The translations under genes were made by a program, and so were the position numbers. Below the pieces are notes generated by a model. The model was not told where the DNA came from, did no database searches, and saw only the letters and a program-made list of their open reading frames with translations. Shown here piece after piece: positions 34,103 through 43,766 of a DNA stretch of 52,664 nucleotides; the stretch's first letter is position 1; each line of letters opens with the position of its first letter. This DNA comes from Verrucomicrobiota bacterium (GTDB lineage Bacteria > Verrucomicrobiota > Verrucomicrobiia > Chthoniobacterales > Terrimicrobiaceae): NCBI GenBank assembly GCA_009886045.1, contig VFJO01000179.1:1-52664 (forward strand). Reading direction: 5' to 3'.

Positions 34103-36730
34103 TTAGTTTGCGGATTGTTTTGCAACGGGCGGGAGCACGGTGGCTTCAACTCGGGAGTCGCTACGGAAATACTTTGCCGTAACGCGACGAATGTCGTCGA
34201 GAGAGATTTTTTCGATCTGCTCCTTACGAAGTTTATGAGCATCCACTCCAAGTCCCATGAGTTCGTCAACAGCAACGGCGACTCCAAAAGCGCTGTTACT
34301 CTGATTCCGAATCGCCTCGCCGCCAAGAAGCTTAGCGCGGGCCCGGGTGAGTTCCTCTTCGGTGAGGCCGTTTGAGGCGAGGTCATCGATCTCTGCGCGC
34401 ATTTCCTTGGTGACTGGCTCGATTTTTTGAGGATCGGTTCCGAGATAAAACAGAAAAGCTCCGGGTGCCAAGCCACAGAACTGAGAGGCGCCGACGAAGT
34501 AGGCGAGTCCCATTTGCTCACGGATGCGGTTGAAAAACCGCGAGCCGAGATCACTGGAGGCTTCGCTGATCAATTCCAAGGCGATGCGATCGGGGTCCTG
34601 CACCGAGGCACCTTGGAAGCCGAGCATGAGGACAGCCTGCTTCTTATCAAGATGGGCTGTAGAAGGCGGCACCCCGATTGAGGGCTTCGGCTTTTCCACA
34701 TCCTTGAAAGCCAGCGAGCCACTGGGCATCGAGGCGAAATATTTTTCAAAGAGCTTCACGACTTCATCGGCCTGAACGTCGCCGAAGACCGAGATGACAG
34801 CATTTTCAGCACAGGCGAATTGTTTGTGAAACTCACGGAGTTGATCTGCAGTAATTGCGGACACAGAGTCGGGAGAGCCAAGGTTGCGAAGGGCGTAGGG
34901 ATGGGATCCGAAGAGTTTTTCACGAAGCAGATTTCTAGCAACTGAAGTGACCTGTTCCTCGTCGGCCTTGATGCCAGCCACTTGAGCGCTCTTTTCCAGT
35001 TCGACTTCACGCGTGGGAAAAGTGGGATTCAAAAGAACGTCGGCCAAAATCTCCACGCCGAGCTTGAGGTCGGGCCGCATGACATCCAACGAGACGGTGA
35101 AGGAATTATTCCCGCTATCGGAACTGAGACTGCCTCCGACGCCTTCGATGTCGTCAGCGATTTTCTCGGCGCTGCGGGTTTTAGTACCCTTGAGAAGGGC
35201 GCTGGAATAGATGTGCGTGATGCCATTGGTCTCCTTGGTCTCGGCAAGAAGGCCGCCACGAAAGACAGCGCTTATGGCAACAAGTGGGATTCTTGAATCC
35301 TCGCGCACCAAGAGACGGAGCCCATTGGAAAGGGTGATCTTTTTAATATCGCCGGCTTTGATATCGGCGGCTTGAGCGACCTCTGCTTTGGATGCAGGCG
35401 GATTGAGCGACGTCACATTGAGCGCCTCGTCGCGGAGGTACTCACGGGCCACGCGCTGAACGTCGGCAGGGGTTACCTTGGCGATCTGATCGAGATAGTG
35501 ACGGGTGAAATTCAGGTTGCGAGTGAGCATCCAGTTGGACCCGAGGTCCGAGGCTTTTCCACGCGCTGTGGTGAGCCCGTGAAGCTGAGCCGAAAGCAGA
35601 GAACGCCTCGCGCGATCGAGCTCTTGCTCGGTGACACCGTTCTTCTTCAGGTCTTCTAAAATAAACAAAGATTCTTTCTGAGCAGCCTCACGCTTGTCGG
35701 GATCTGTCACGGCTTGCATAAGGAAGACACCTTCGGATTGGAGTGAAAACATTCCTGCGCTTGCGCCATGAGCGATTTGTTTGCGCTCACGAACTTCACG
35801 GTTCAAACGGGAACTCGCACCAGAACCAAGAATTTCTCCGAGAATTTCCAAGGCTGGCGTATCCGAATTTGTCACGCCAGGAACACGCCAAGACATCGAA
35901 AGACGGGTAAGCTCCGTAGGAAATTCCTCATGAATCTCGCGGCGTCCCAGCTGAGGTGGCTCGGTGGCGATGTAGAGGGGTTCAAGAGCTTTACGCGGGG
36001 CGGATGCAAAGAGCTCGCCGAGCTCCTTGCGAATCGCGGCAGCATCCACATCGCCTACCACGACGAACGTGAGATTATTCGGCACGTAGCGGGATTTATA
36101 ATAGTTTAATACGTCTTCCCGCGTGAGCTTATTGTACACATCAAGATAGCCGATCACAGGATGCCGAAATGGACTGGTGGTAAAAACCGTGTCGAGCATC
36201 AGCTGAGAGCTTTGCCGACCGGGATCGTCAAAACCCATGGCAAACTCGCGACGGATGACCTCTTGCTCTTTGATGTATTCCACTTCGGGCAGCGTGGCGT
36301 TTTGCATGGCATCCGCGAGGATGGCCACGGCGTCCGAGGCTCCACCTTTTGGCACATCGATCCAATAAACCGTGCGATCGAAGGACGTGTAGGCATTGAT
36401 ATAGCCTCCGTGGTTTTGAACCTGCTTGGCAATCTCCCCCGGTGGACGCTTTTCCGTCCCTTTGAAAAGCATGTGTTCAAGAATGTGTGAGAGGCCCGCC
36501 CCCATTTTTGCACTTTCATGGATACTCCCGGTGCCGCACCATGCTTGGACACTTGCCACAGGCGCGCTACGATCCTCCTCCACAATCAATGTGAGGCCAT
36601 TTTCGTAAGTGAAGACTTGGGCATGGGACTCAGGGAGAGTCGGAGTATCTGAGGGTTTGGCTTGGGTGTGTTCGGGCATAAAGGAAAAAGCGGCGGCCAG
36701 AGTGGCAGCCCATAAACGAGGATTTTTCAT
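34103..36730 (-). CDS. Secreted M16 (pitrilysin) family zinc peptidase, double-module
   Basis: It has a signal peptide, the inverted zinc motif HILEHMLFKG, and an 875-aa length consistent with two M16 active/inactive module pairs. Confidence 0.9.
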   Translation of the reverse strand: MKNPRLWAATLAAAFSFMPEHTQAKPSDTPTLPESHAQVFTYENGLTLIVEEDRSAPVASVQAWCGTGSIHESAKMGAGLSHILEHMLFKGTEKRPPGEIAKQVQNHGGYINAYTSFDRTVYWIDVPKGGASDAVAILADAMQNATLPEVEYIKEQEVIRREFAMGFDDPGRQSSQLMLDTVFTTSPFRHPVIGYLDVYNKLTREDVLNYYKSRYVPNNLTFVVVGDVDAAAIRKELGELFASAPRKALEPLYIATEPPQLGRREIHEEFPTELTRLSMSWRVPGVTNSDTPALEILGEILGSGASSRLNREVRERKQIAHGASAGMFSLQSEGVFLMQAVTDPDKREAAQKESLFILEDLKKNGVTEQELDRARRSLLSAQLHGLTTARGKASDLGSNWMLTRNLNFTRHYLDQIAKVTPADVQRVAREYLRDEALNVTSLNPPASKAEVAQAADIKAGDIKKITLSNGLRLLVREDSRIPLVAISAVFRGGLLAETKETNGITHIYSSALLKGTKTRSAEKIADDIEGVGGSLSSDSGNNSFTVSLDVMRPDLKLGVEILADVLLNPTFPTREVELEKSAQVAGIKADEEQVTSVARNLLREKLFGSHPYALRNLGSPDSVSAITADQLREFHKQFACAENAVISVFGDVQADEVVKLFEKYFASMPSGSLAFKDVEKPKPSIGVPPSTAHLDKKQAVLMLGFQGASVQDPDRIALELISEASSDLGSRFFNRIREQMGLAYFVGASQFCGLAPGAFLFYLGTDPQKIEPVTKEMRAEIDDLASNGLTEEELTRARAKLLGGEAIRNQSNSAFGVAVAVDELMGLGVDAHKLRKEQIEKISLDDIRRVTAKYFRSDSRVEATVLPPVAKQSAN

Positions 36731-37158
36731 AGCAGGGATTCGACCCGCAAAGAGGACTCCCCGTTCAAAGAATCTACTATGGGGCGAAAGGGAGAGACAA
36801 AAACCTCCCGAAAATCAAAGAGATCGCGGAAACTCTCAACCGTATCCTCATCGGTTTTTCCAAAAATTCCGACCTGAACGAGGTTAAAGACCATCTGCCC
36901 GACATCCGATGTCTGCGTGAGACCCCAGTAATTCAAGACCATGAGAGCCATCGGACCAAACTCAGCCAGTGCATGCAGACGGAACCCGTCGAGCAATTCT
37001 GCGGCTCCGACGTGCGACAGGACTTCCTTTTTTGACTTTTTACGCCGCTTGATTATTGCCTCCAGCGAGTCGCGAAGAAAAGCATAGGCTTCGGGGTTGT
37101 AGCGACGGTCCTCTTGGCAAACCATTTCGACAGCTTCTTGAAATCCAGTATTCGACAT
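36727..37158 (-). CDS. Conserved hypothetical protein (resembles the PVC-restricted Minf_1886 family, from memory)
   Basis: From the ATG at 37158 the protein begins MSNTGFQEAVEMVCQEDRRYNPEAYAFLRDSLE...HV.GAELLDG.R..A...FG. It has an ATGA overlap with the M16 peptidase start. Confidence 0.7.
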   Translation of the reverse strand: MSNTGFQEAVEMVCQEDRRYNPEAYAFLRDSLEAIIKRRKKSKKEVLSHVGAAELLDGFRLHALAEFGPMALMVLNYWGLTQTSDVGQMVFNLVQVGIFGKTDEDTVESFRDLFDFREVFVSPFRPIVDSLNGESSLRVESLL

Positions 37159-37295
37159 TATTTGGTCTTCGTGGCCTGAGCCTCTGAGACACTGCCAGCG
37201 TGGGACTCCCTCCAATGCCGCACCCCAAGGCCCAGCACCAGAATGAACACAATGCCCACAACAAGCGTCTGCTCGCGTCGCGTCAACTCAAACAT
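37158..37295 (-). CDS. Possible 45-aa single-TM protein
   Basis: An internal ATG of track ORF 37158..37490 gives MFELTRREQTLVVGIVFILVLGLGVRHW.... Its TAA overlaps the next gene's ATG (TAATG), which suggests translational coupling. Confidence 0.4.
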   Translation of the reverse strand: MFELTRREQTLVVGIVFILVLGLGVRHWRESHAGSVSEAQATKTK

Positions 37296-37422
37296 AGGTG
37301 CCACGATAAACCGAAAAATAGAGGGCGCAAGACGCGTGATGTATAAAATTTTTCGGTCTGGAAAAAATGGGGACGACTGCCGCGTTGACGTCGCCGCGCG
37401 ACTCGGGTTTGATTCCGCGCCT

Positions 37423-38784
37423 ATGTCCAAAGATGTTTCTACTGCCCGAATGGAAAAAATTGTGAGCCTGTGCAAGCGACGGGGGTTCATTTTCCAATCT
37501 TCTGAAATCTACGGTGGCCTGAACGGCTTCTGGGACTACGGTCCACTTGGCGTGGAGCTGAAGAAAAATCTCAAAGATTTCTGGTGGCGGCGGAATGTGC
37601 GCGAGCGCGATGACATGGAAGGGATGGACGGCTCGATCATCATGAACCGAGCGATCTGGAAAGCCTCTGGGCATGAGGAAACGTTCAGCGATCCGATGGT
37701 GGACTGCAAAGCGTGCAATTCCCGCAACCGCGCGGATCAACTCCCGGAAAAGGATGGCAAAAAGTTCTGCCCCGCTTGCGGCAGTCGTGATCTGACAGAG
37801 GCACGGGATTTCAATCTAATGTTCAAAAGCCATGCCGGACCGCTAGAGAGCGAGGACAATCTCGTTTATTTACGCCCCGAGACGGCTCAGGCCATCTTTG
37901 TCAACTTCCGCAATGTCCTGGACACTTCGCGCCAGAAGCTCCCGTTCGGCATCGCTCAAATTGGAAAAGCTTTTCGAAACGAAATCAATCCACGCAACTA
38001 TATCTTCCGCTCTCGGGAATTCGAGCAAATGGAGATCGAGTATTTCTGCCGACCAGAAGACGGCATGCGACTCACAGATTACTGGCTCGAGCAACGCCTT
38101 AAATTCTATGAGGACATCGGGATTCCGCGCTCGAAGATCCATATCAACGACATCCCCGATGGGGAACGCGCGTTCTATTCAAAAAAGACCTACGACCTGG
38201 AATACGAATTCCCATTTGGCCTAAGTGAACTCGAGGGCATCGCCTACCGTACCGACTACGATCTCGGAAAACACATCGAACACTCAGGCAAACCACTCGA
38301 CTACTTCGACGAGGCAACCAAAGAACGATTCGTGCCACATGTCGTGGAACCCAGCGCGGGAGTTGACCGCACCACACTCGCCCTGCTTTGCGAGGCCTTT
38401 GACGAGGAAAAAGTCACAGATGAAAAAGGAAACTCCGAGACCCGTACCGTCCTCCGGTTCCATCCCCGCATGGCACCGATCAAGTGTGGCATTTTTCCGC
38501 TTCTGAAAAACAAGCCCGCACTAGTGGAAAAGGCCAAGGAGATCGCCGCCACGTTGCGCCCGATCATGAATGTCTTCTACGATGAAGGCGGAGCCATCGG
38601 CCGCCGATACCGCCGCCAGGACGAGGCTGGCACGCCATTCTGCGTCACGATTGACTTCGATACCATTGGCGAAAACGGGCCAGAAATGCTCGATACCGTG
38701 ACGCTCCGCCACCGCGACTCGATGTCGCAGGAACGTATCGCCATAGCAGATCTGAAAAACTACCTAGTCGAAAAAATCAGCTAG
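37423..38784 (+). CDS. glyQS: Glycine--tRNA ligase (homodimeric GlyQS type)
   Basis: From the ATG at 37423 the protein begins MSKDVSTARMEKIVSLCKRRGFIFQSSEIYGGL.G.WDYGPLG. Class II motifs are present (RPETAQ, FR.REFEQME.E.F, GAGVDR-like SAGVDR). Confidence 0.95.
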   Translation: MSKDVSTARMEKIVSLCKRRGFIFQSSEIYGGLNGFWDYGPLGVELKKNLKDFWWRRNVRERDDMEGMDGSIIMNRAIWKASGHEETFSDPMVDCKACNSRNRADQLPEKDGKKFCPACGSRDLTEARDFNLMFKSHAGPLESEDNLVYLRPETAQAIFVNFRNVLDTSRQKLPFGIAQIGKAFRNEINPRNYIFRSREFEQMEIEYFCRPEDGMRLTDYWLEQRLKFYEDIGIPRSKIHINDIPDGERAFYSKKTYDLEYEFPFGLSELEGIAYRTDYDLGKHIEHSGKPLDYFDEATKERFVPHVVEPSAGVDRTTLALLCEAFDEEKVTDEKGNSETRTVLRFHPRMAPIKCGIFPLLKNKPALVEKAKEIAATLRPIMNVFYDEGGAIGRRYRRQDEAGTPFCVTIDFDTIGENGPEMLDTVTLRHRDSMSQERIAIADLKNYLVEKIS

Positions 38785-38846
38785 TTCAATAAGGCCGGCG
38801 GGGTGCCCGCAGGCACTGCGAAGCGGATAGGCAATGTATCGCGAGG

Positions 38847-41003
38847 TCAGCTGCGATGCACGTTGTCCGAAAGCCGTTTTTCCAAGCCTGTATGGCGCTT
38901 GGAGGCGCTGGTATTTCGCACTGCGGTTTGGAGCGCCTTCTTCTGGCCGACGATGACAACAAGGCGGCGCCCTCGTGTCACTCCCGTGTAGAGAAGATTC
39001 TTCTGCAGGAGTAAAAAATGCTGCATTCCGATCGGCAGAACGATGACAGGAAATTCGGATCCTTGGCTTTTATGAATCGTGATGGCGTAAGCGAGCGACA
39101 CCTCGTCGAGTTCATTAAAATCGTATTTCAACTCGCGACCATCAAACGCAATGCGCACCTCACGATCCATGTCGTCAATGCCGAGAATCTCGCCGATATC
39201 GCCATTGAAGACGTCCTTGTCATAGTTGTTTCGTGTTTGGATGACCTTGTCACCAATGCGAAATTCCCATCCGAATTTCTCCACACTAGGGGCCGCGCCT
39301 CGCTTGGGGTTCATGCGCTCCTGCAAAACACGATTCATTTGAATTGTGCCAAGCGAGCCTCGATTCATTGGGCAGAGGACTTGGATATCGCGACGGGGAT
39401 CGAGTTTCCAAGCTTTCGGAATACGCGCCGAGACGAGTTCGAGAATGGTCGAGACGATGGCTTCGGGTTCATCTCGCTCAATAAAGAAAAAATCCGATTC
39501 CTTCTCGGACTCCGGCATTTGACCGCTGTTGATCCGATGCGCATTGACGATGATCCGACTGGATGAGGCCTGGCGAAAAATTTCGGTAAGGCGAACAACC
39601 GGCACTGCGCCACTCCTAAGGATATCCGAGAGAACCGCTCCAGGACCAACACTGGGCAATTGATCCACATCCCCGACGAAGAGCACGTGCGATCGAGCAG
39701 GTAAGGCCTGAAGGAGTTTGGACATGAGATGCACATCCATCATCGAGGTTTCGTCTGCGACGAGAAGGTCGCAATCAAGCGGGTTTGACACATTCCGCGA
39801 AAAACCCGAATTCTGAAATTCCAGTAGACGGTGGATCGTTTTTGCTTCGAGCCCTGTGGTTTCAGAAAGGCGCCTTGCTGCCCGACCCGTGGGAGCGCAA
39901 AGAAGGCACTTCACATTCTTTGCTCGAAGCAGTGTGAGGATCGAATTCACCAAGGTTGTTTTTCCCACGCCAGGGCCGCCGGTAACAACCAAGGCTCGAC
40001 AGCACAGGGCCTGCCGCAAGGCCTCCGCTTGGCTCGGAGCCAAGTCGATGCACTTTTTTTCTTTAAGCCAGTGAATCGCTTTTTCGGCATCAATCACCGG
40101 GTAGGTGGCAGGCAGATGTGCCATTTTTAGAAGGCGGGCTGCGATTTCCAATTCGGCCCGACGCAGAGCGGGTAGAAAGATCAAATCCTCCCCAGTAAGC
40201 CCATCCTCGATGAGATCGCCCTCTGAGAGCAGTTCTGAAAGCGCACGGACCAAAAGAATCGGGTCCATCGTCAAAATATCGGCCGCATTTTTAAGAAGCA
40301 CCTCCCTTGGCAGTGCGCAATGTCCGTTACCAGAGGCCTCGGCCAGAACGTGAGAAAGACCCGCACGCGCACGCAAGATCGAATCCCTGCTGATGCCCAG
40401 ATTGAAGGCAATGTCATCGGCTGTCTTGAATCCAATCCCTAAAATATCGCGGGCAAGAACATAGGGATTACCGCGAACCTTCTCGATGGCCTCATCACCA
40501 TAGGTTTTATAAATTCGCACGGCGCGGCTCGTACTGACGCCATGAGAGTGCAGAAAGACCATAATTTCCCGTACGATTTTTTGCTCTGCCCACGCAGCCC
40601 GGATCGTTCGGCGGCGCTCGGCACCGATTCCCCTCACCTGCTCGAGCCTCACTGACTCTTGGTCGATGATATCAAAAACACCTTCTCCAAATTTCTCGAC
40701 GAGCTTTTTCGCATAGACGGGACCGATCCCCTTGATCAATCCGCTCGCGAGATATTTTTCAATTCCCTCGCGCGACGTTGGCGCAGACGTTTGCAGATTT
40801 TCAGCCTTGAGCTGCATTCCGTGGTCGCGGTCCTGTGTCCATGATCCCTCGGCCGTGAGCCACTCCCCGGCATTGATACTGGAGGCCCGTCCCACAACAG
40901 TGACGAGATCGCGGCTTCCATCGACCTTCACGCGCACAACGCAAAAACCAGTCTCCTCATTGTGAAAAGTAACCCGCTCGATCAATCCAGTGAGAGAGCT
41001 CAT
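38847..41003 (-). CDS. recD2: RecD2-like SF1B DNA helicase (RecD/TraA family)
   Basis: From the ATG at 41003 the protein begins MSSLTGLIERVTFHNEETGFCV. It has a Walker A motif (GGPGVGKTT), a DExx-like LLVADETSMMD, and C-terminal AITIHKSQGSEF and YTG.TR motifs. Confidence 0.9.
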   Translation of the reverse strand: MSSLTGLIERVTFHNEETGFCVVRVKVDGSRDLVTVVGRASSINAGEWLTAEGSWTQDRDHGMQLKAENLQTSAPTSREGIEKYLASGLIKGIGPVYAKKLVEKFGEGVFDIIDQESVRLEQVRGIGAERRRTIRAAWAEQKIVREIMVFLHSHGVSTSRAVRIYKTYGDEAIEKVRGNPYVLARDILGIGFKTADDIAFNLGISRDSILRARAGLSHVLAEASGNGHCALPREVLLKNAADILTMDPILLVRALSELLSEGDLIEDGLTGEDLIFLPALRRAELEIAARLLKMAHLPATYPVIDAEKAIHWLKEKKCIDLAPSQAEALRQALCCRALVVTGGPGVGKTTLVNSILTLLRAKNVKCLLCAPTGRAARRLSETTGLEAKTIHRLLEFQNSGFSRNVSNPLDCDLLVADETSMMDVHLMSKLLQALPARSHVLFVGDVDQLPSVGPGAVLSDILRSGAVPVVRLTEIFRQASSSRIIVNAHRINSGQMPESEKESDFFFIERDEPEAIVSTILELVSARIPKAWKLDPRRDIQVLCPMNRGSLGTIQMNRVLQERMNPKRGAAPSVEKFGWEFRIGDKVIQTRNNYDKDVFNGDIGEILGIDDMDREVRIAFDGRELKYDFNELDEVSLAYAITIHKSQGSEFPVIVLPIGMQHFLLLQKNLLYTGVTRGRRLVVIVGQKKALQTAVRNTSASKRHTGLEKRLSDNVHRS

Positions 41004-41563
41004 TTGGAACGGCGTTTTTGCAAAAGGAAGCCACGCCAAGCGTAAAGAAAAATGGCAATAGGCAGGATCGCCACAAATGGCCACATCATTTGCATCGGGC
41101 GGAGTGACCTCTCGACAGGAACCTCAAAAGAAATGAAAGATGTTTTGCCCATCCGAGCTATGGATACGCCTAGACTCCAGAGTCCCGGCTCAGGAATTCC
41201 AAGCACGGCCGAATACAAGAGACCATTTCCAGTATGCCCGAGGCGTGCATTGAGCGATTGCCCTGGAGTCACGCACCCCATTCCCTTCCACGCCAACTCC
41301 GGAGTTGGGCGACTGAGTTTGTTCAGCCGAAAGGCAACGACCGCATCAAGAACAGGTGCGCGCTTCCCCTCCTGCTCGATGAAGACACTGAGGTCCGCCA
41401 TCCCGGCTCGGAGGGGCGATGGATTCGCAAACAAAACAATCCGGTAATCATCGGCGCTTTTTTCGGTCACAACACGTCCCCCATCCGCTCGGGCTATTGT
41501 CTGAAAAGACAGCGCTACGAGTGTGCACAGAAGCCTTGAGCAAATACCTCGTCGAAGGAACAT
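41000..41563 (-). CDS. Hypothetical exported protein with a C-terminal TM anchor
   Basis: The ATG at 41563 gives a signal-like N-terminus (MFLRRGICSRLLCTLVALSFQTIARA), and there is a C-terminal TM (MMWPFVAILPIAIFLYAW). It has a 4-bp overlap with the recD2 start. Confidence 0.55.
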   Translation of the reverse strand: MFLRRGICSRLLCTLVALSFQTIARADGGRVVTEKSADDYRIVLFANPSPLRAGMADLSVFIEQEGKRAPVLDAVVAFRLNKLSRPTPELAWKGMGCVTPGQSLNARLGHTGNGLLYSAVLGIPEPGLWSLGVSIARMGKTSFISFEVPVERSLRPMQMMWPFVAILPIAIFLYAWRGFLLQKRRSK

Positions 41564-41690
41564 GAACAAAAAAAGGCTCACCCATTAATTCTAGAACTCA
41601 GGCTCAGGCGTGAAAGCACCGAAATGAAAGTCGCTTTGAATATTGTGAAAAAACCATGCGGCGGCATATTGGACTTAATTCCATCCTCAC

Positions 41691-43766
41691 ATGAGAGTCG
41701 CCCGCTGGTTCATTTACGGTTTTCCACTTTTTCTTGTCTTGCTTATTGCCGCTTCCTTTTGGAACTCAGCAAGCCTGACCTCAGAAAAAAAGAACGAGAT
41801 GTCCCTCGGCGTCCTTGGTGAGCCATCGACTCTCAATCCGATCCAACAAGCTGACAGTGCCTCTTCGCAGGTTGTAGGCTCCCTTTTTAACGGGCTCCTG
41901 AAGTACAGTCCGGATTTGGAAATCATTGGTGACCTTGCGGAGTCTTGGACGCTTGACCAAACGACGACTGTGGTTTTTCGGAGTGCGGAGGAGGCTAAGG
42001 CAGCCGAAGCAAAAATCCTTGCCTCCCGTACGGAGTGGACGGGTTGGATGCTCGATGCGGTGAGACTCAACGGAAATGAACTTCTCCTGCACTTTACGGA
42101 GCCTGGACTCGAAGCTTCACAAAACATCTTTTCAAGATTTTCTGCAGAATCGATTGCTCCGCTCTCCACATTGCGTGTGGAGGTAAAAGAAAACTCTGCG
42201 GATGTCTTGAGCCGTCTGAGCCGAGTTTTTGCAGCAGAATCCATCGTCCGTTCTTGGATCGAAAGTGGATCCATATTTGAACTCACTGCGGATCCGAAGC
42301 TCAGTCCCGAAATTGAAAAATGGCTTGCTTCCAACGGAGGCGGCACACTCACGGTTGGCGACCCAATTTCCTTCCTCGCTGAACCCCAAGTCGTCTTTCA
42401 ACTTCGCAAATTTGTGCGCTGGCACGATGGAGCTCCATTCACTTCGAGAGATGCGGCCTTCACCTATCGCGCCATCATGGACGACGCCACGGCTTCTCCT
42501 CGCAAGCCAGATTTTGATTTGATTCTAAAAGTCGAGACTCCTCACGAACATACAGTTCGTGTCACCTATCGGAAACCCTACTCGCCTGCGCTGGAGAGTT
42601 GGATGATCTCGATGCTTCCCTCGCATTTATTGGAAGGAAAGCCCCAGAGCTGGTGGGTTGAAAATTTCAACCGCACCCCGATTGGAACCGGCGGATTCCG
42701 CTTCGCAAAGTGGAAGACAAACGAGTTTATTCGCGTGGAACGAAATCCTGATTATTTCGATGCCCCTGCTCCTTGGCTTGATGGAATCGTATATCGGTTT
42801 ATGCCAGATCAGCTCACGCTGAGACTGGCTTTTGAGACTCGCCAGATTGACTTCTGGAGTGCCGAGCCTTGGACGGTGAATGCGTTTGTGAATGATCCGC
42901 GCTTTCAGGTTTTTACGAGCCCGACGAGCAGCTACACCTACATAGGCTGGAACCTCAAGCGACCTCTCTTCCAAGATCCACTCGTACGACGTGCGTTGGC
43001 TCATGCAGTTGATGTGCCCTCAATGGTACGTTTCATTCTTTATGGGCATGGTCTCCAGAGCACAGGACTCTTCACTCCGCAGATGTGGTTTTTCAATCCC
43101 AGCATCCAGCCTTTGGCCTACGACCCTGAGAAGGCGCGAACCCTTCTCACGGAGGCGGGATGGGTATTGGGACCTGATGGGATCCTTCAAAAAAATGGGG
43201 AGCGTTTTTCCTTCACTCTGATAACCAGCAATGGAAATGAAGTGCGGCGTGACATTGCCACCCTCACCCAGGATGGCCTCAAAAACCTCGGCATTGAAGT
43301 GAAAGTGGAACTCTATGAATGGGCTGTTTTTTTGAAAAACCACATTAACAAAGGTGACTTCGATGCCACGGTCCTAGGTTGGTCGCTGGGCAACGGATAC
43401 GACCAATATCAGATTTGGCATTCCTCGCAGACAAATCCTGAGCAACTCAACGTCGTGGGATACAAAAGCCCACAAGCCGACCGCCTACTCGACGATATCC
43501 GCCAAGAATACAATCGCGAGAAAATCATCCGCATGGCCGGGGAACTGCAAAGCATCATCTACCAAGACCAACCCTACCTTTTTCTCTATGTCCCCGAGGG
43601 CACCAGCGTGATGTGGGACGATTCCTACCGCATCCGCCGCCCCAATGGCAAAGGTGGCTGGATTGATTCCCCCGTTGAAATGACTAAAGCAGGTTGGGCC
43701 TATTGGTCGGATTGGTTCTATCGACCGGAATTTGCGCAGCGGCTTCCAGTTACTCCACAACCTTGA
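41691..43766 (+). CDS. ABC-transporter substrate-binding protein, family 5 (Opp/Dpp-like), with an internal insertion
   Basis: It carries family-5 blocks (LNP......S..V....F.GLL.Y.PDLEI.GDLAESW ... LRK.V.WHDG.PFT..D..F.Y). No permease or ATPase genes are adjacent. Confidence 0.85.
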   Translation: MRVARWFIYGFPLFLVLLIAASFWNSASLTSEKKNEMSLGVLGEPSTLNPIQQADSASSQVVGSLFNGLLKYSPDLEIIGDLAESWTLDQTTTVVFRSAEEAKAAEAKILASRTEWTGWMLDAVRLNGNELLLHFTEPGLEASQNIFSRFSAESIAPLSTLRVEVKENSADVLSRLSRVFAAESIVRSWIESGSIFELTADPKLSPEIEKWLASNGGGTLTVGDPISFLAEPQVVFQLRKFVRWHDGAPFTSRDAAFTYRAIMDDATASPRKPDFDLILKVETPHEHTVRVTYRKPYSPALESWMISMLPSHLLEGKPQSWWVENFNRTPIGTGGFRFAKWKTNEFIRVERNPDYFDAPAPWLDGIVYRFMPDQLTLRLAFETRQIDFWSAEPWTVNAFVNDPRFQVFTSPTSSYTYIGWNLKRPLFQDPLVRRALAHAVDVPSMVRFILYGHGLQSTGLFTPQMWFFNPSIQPLAYDPEKARTLLTEAGWVLGPDGILQKNGERFSFTLITSNGNEVRRDIATLTQDGLKNLGIEVKVELYEWAVFLKNHINKGDFDATVLGWSLGNGYDQYQIWHSSQTNPEQLNVVGYKSPQADRLLDDIRQEYNREKIIRMAGELQSIIYQDQPYLFLYVPEGTSVMWDDSYRIRRPNGKGGWIDSPVEMTKAGWAYWSDWFYRPEFAQRLPVTPQP

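Noticed and set aside
37158-37423. A possible T-box or other leader upstream of glyQS.
   Set aside because: The region is largely occupied by a divergent small ORF or operon start. I saw no specifier-loop or T-box-like conserved sequence, and T-box control would not be expected in this lineage.
41714-42352. A 212-aa minus-strand ORF antisense to the substrate-binding protein gene.
   Set aside because: It has Ser/Arg-rich shadow-frame composition, and the plus-strand gene carries the family-5 SBP motifs.
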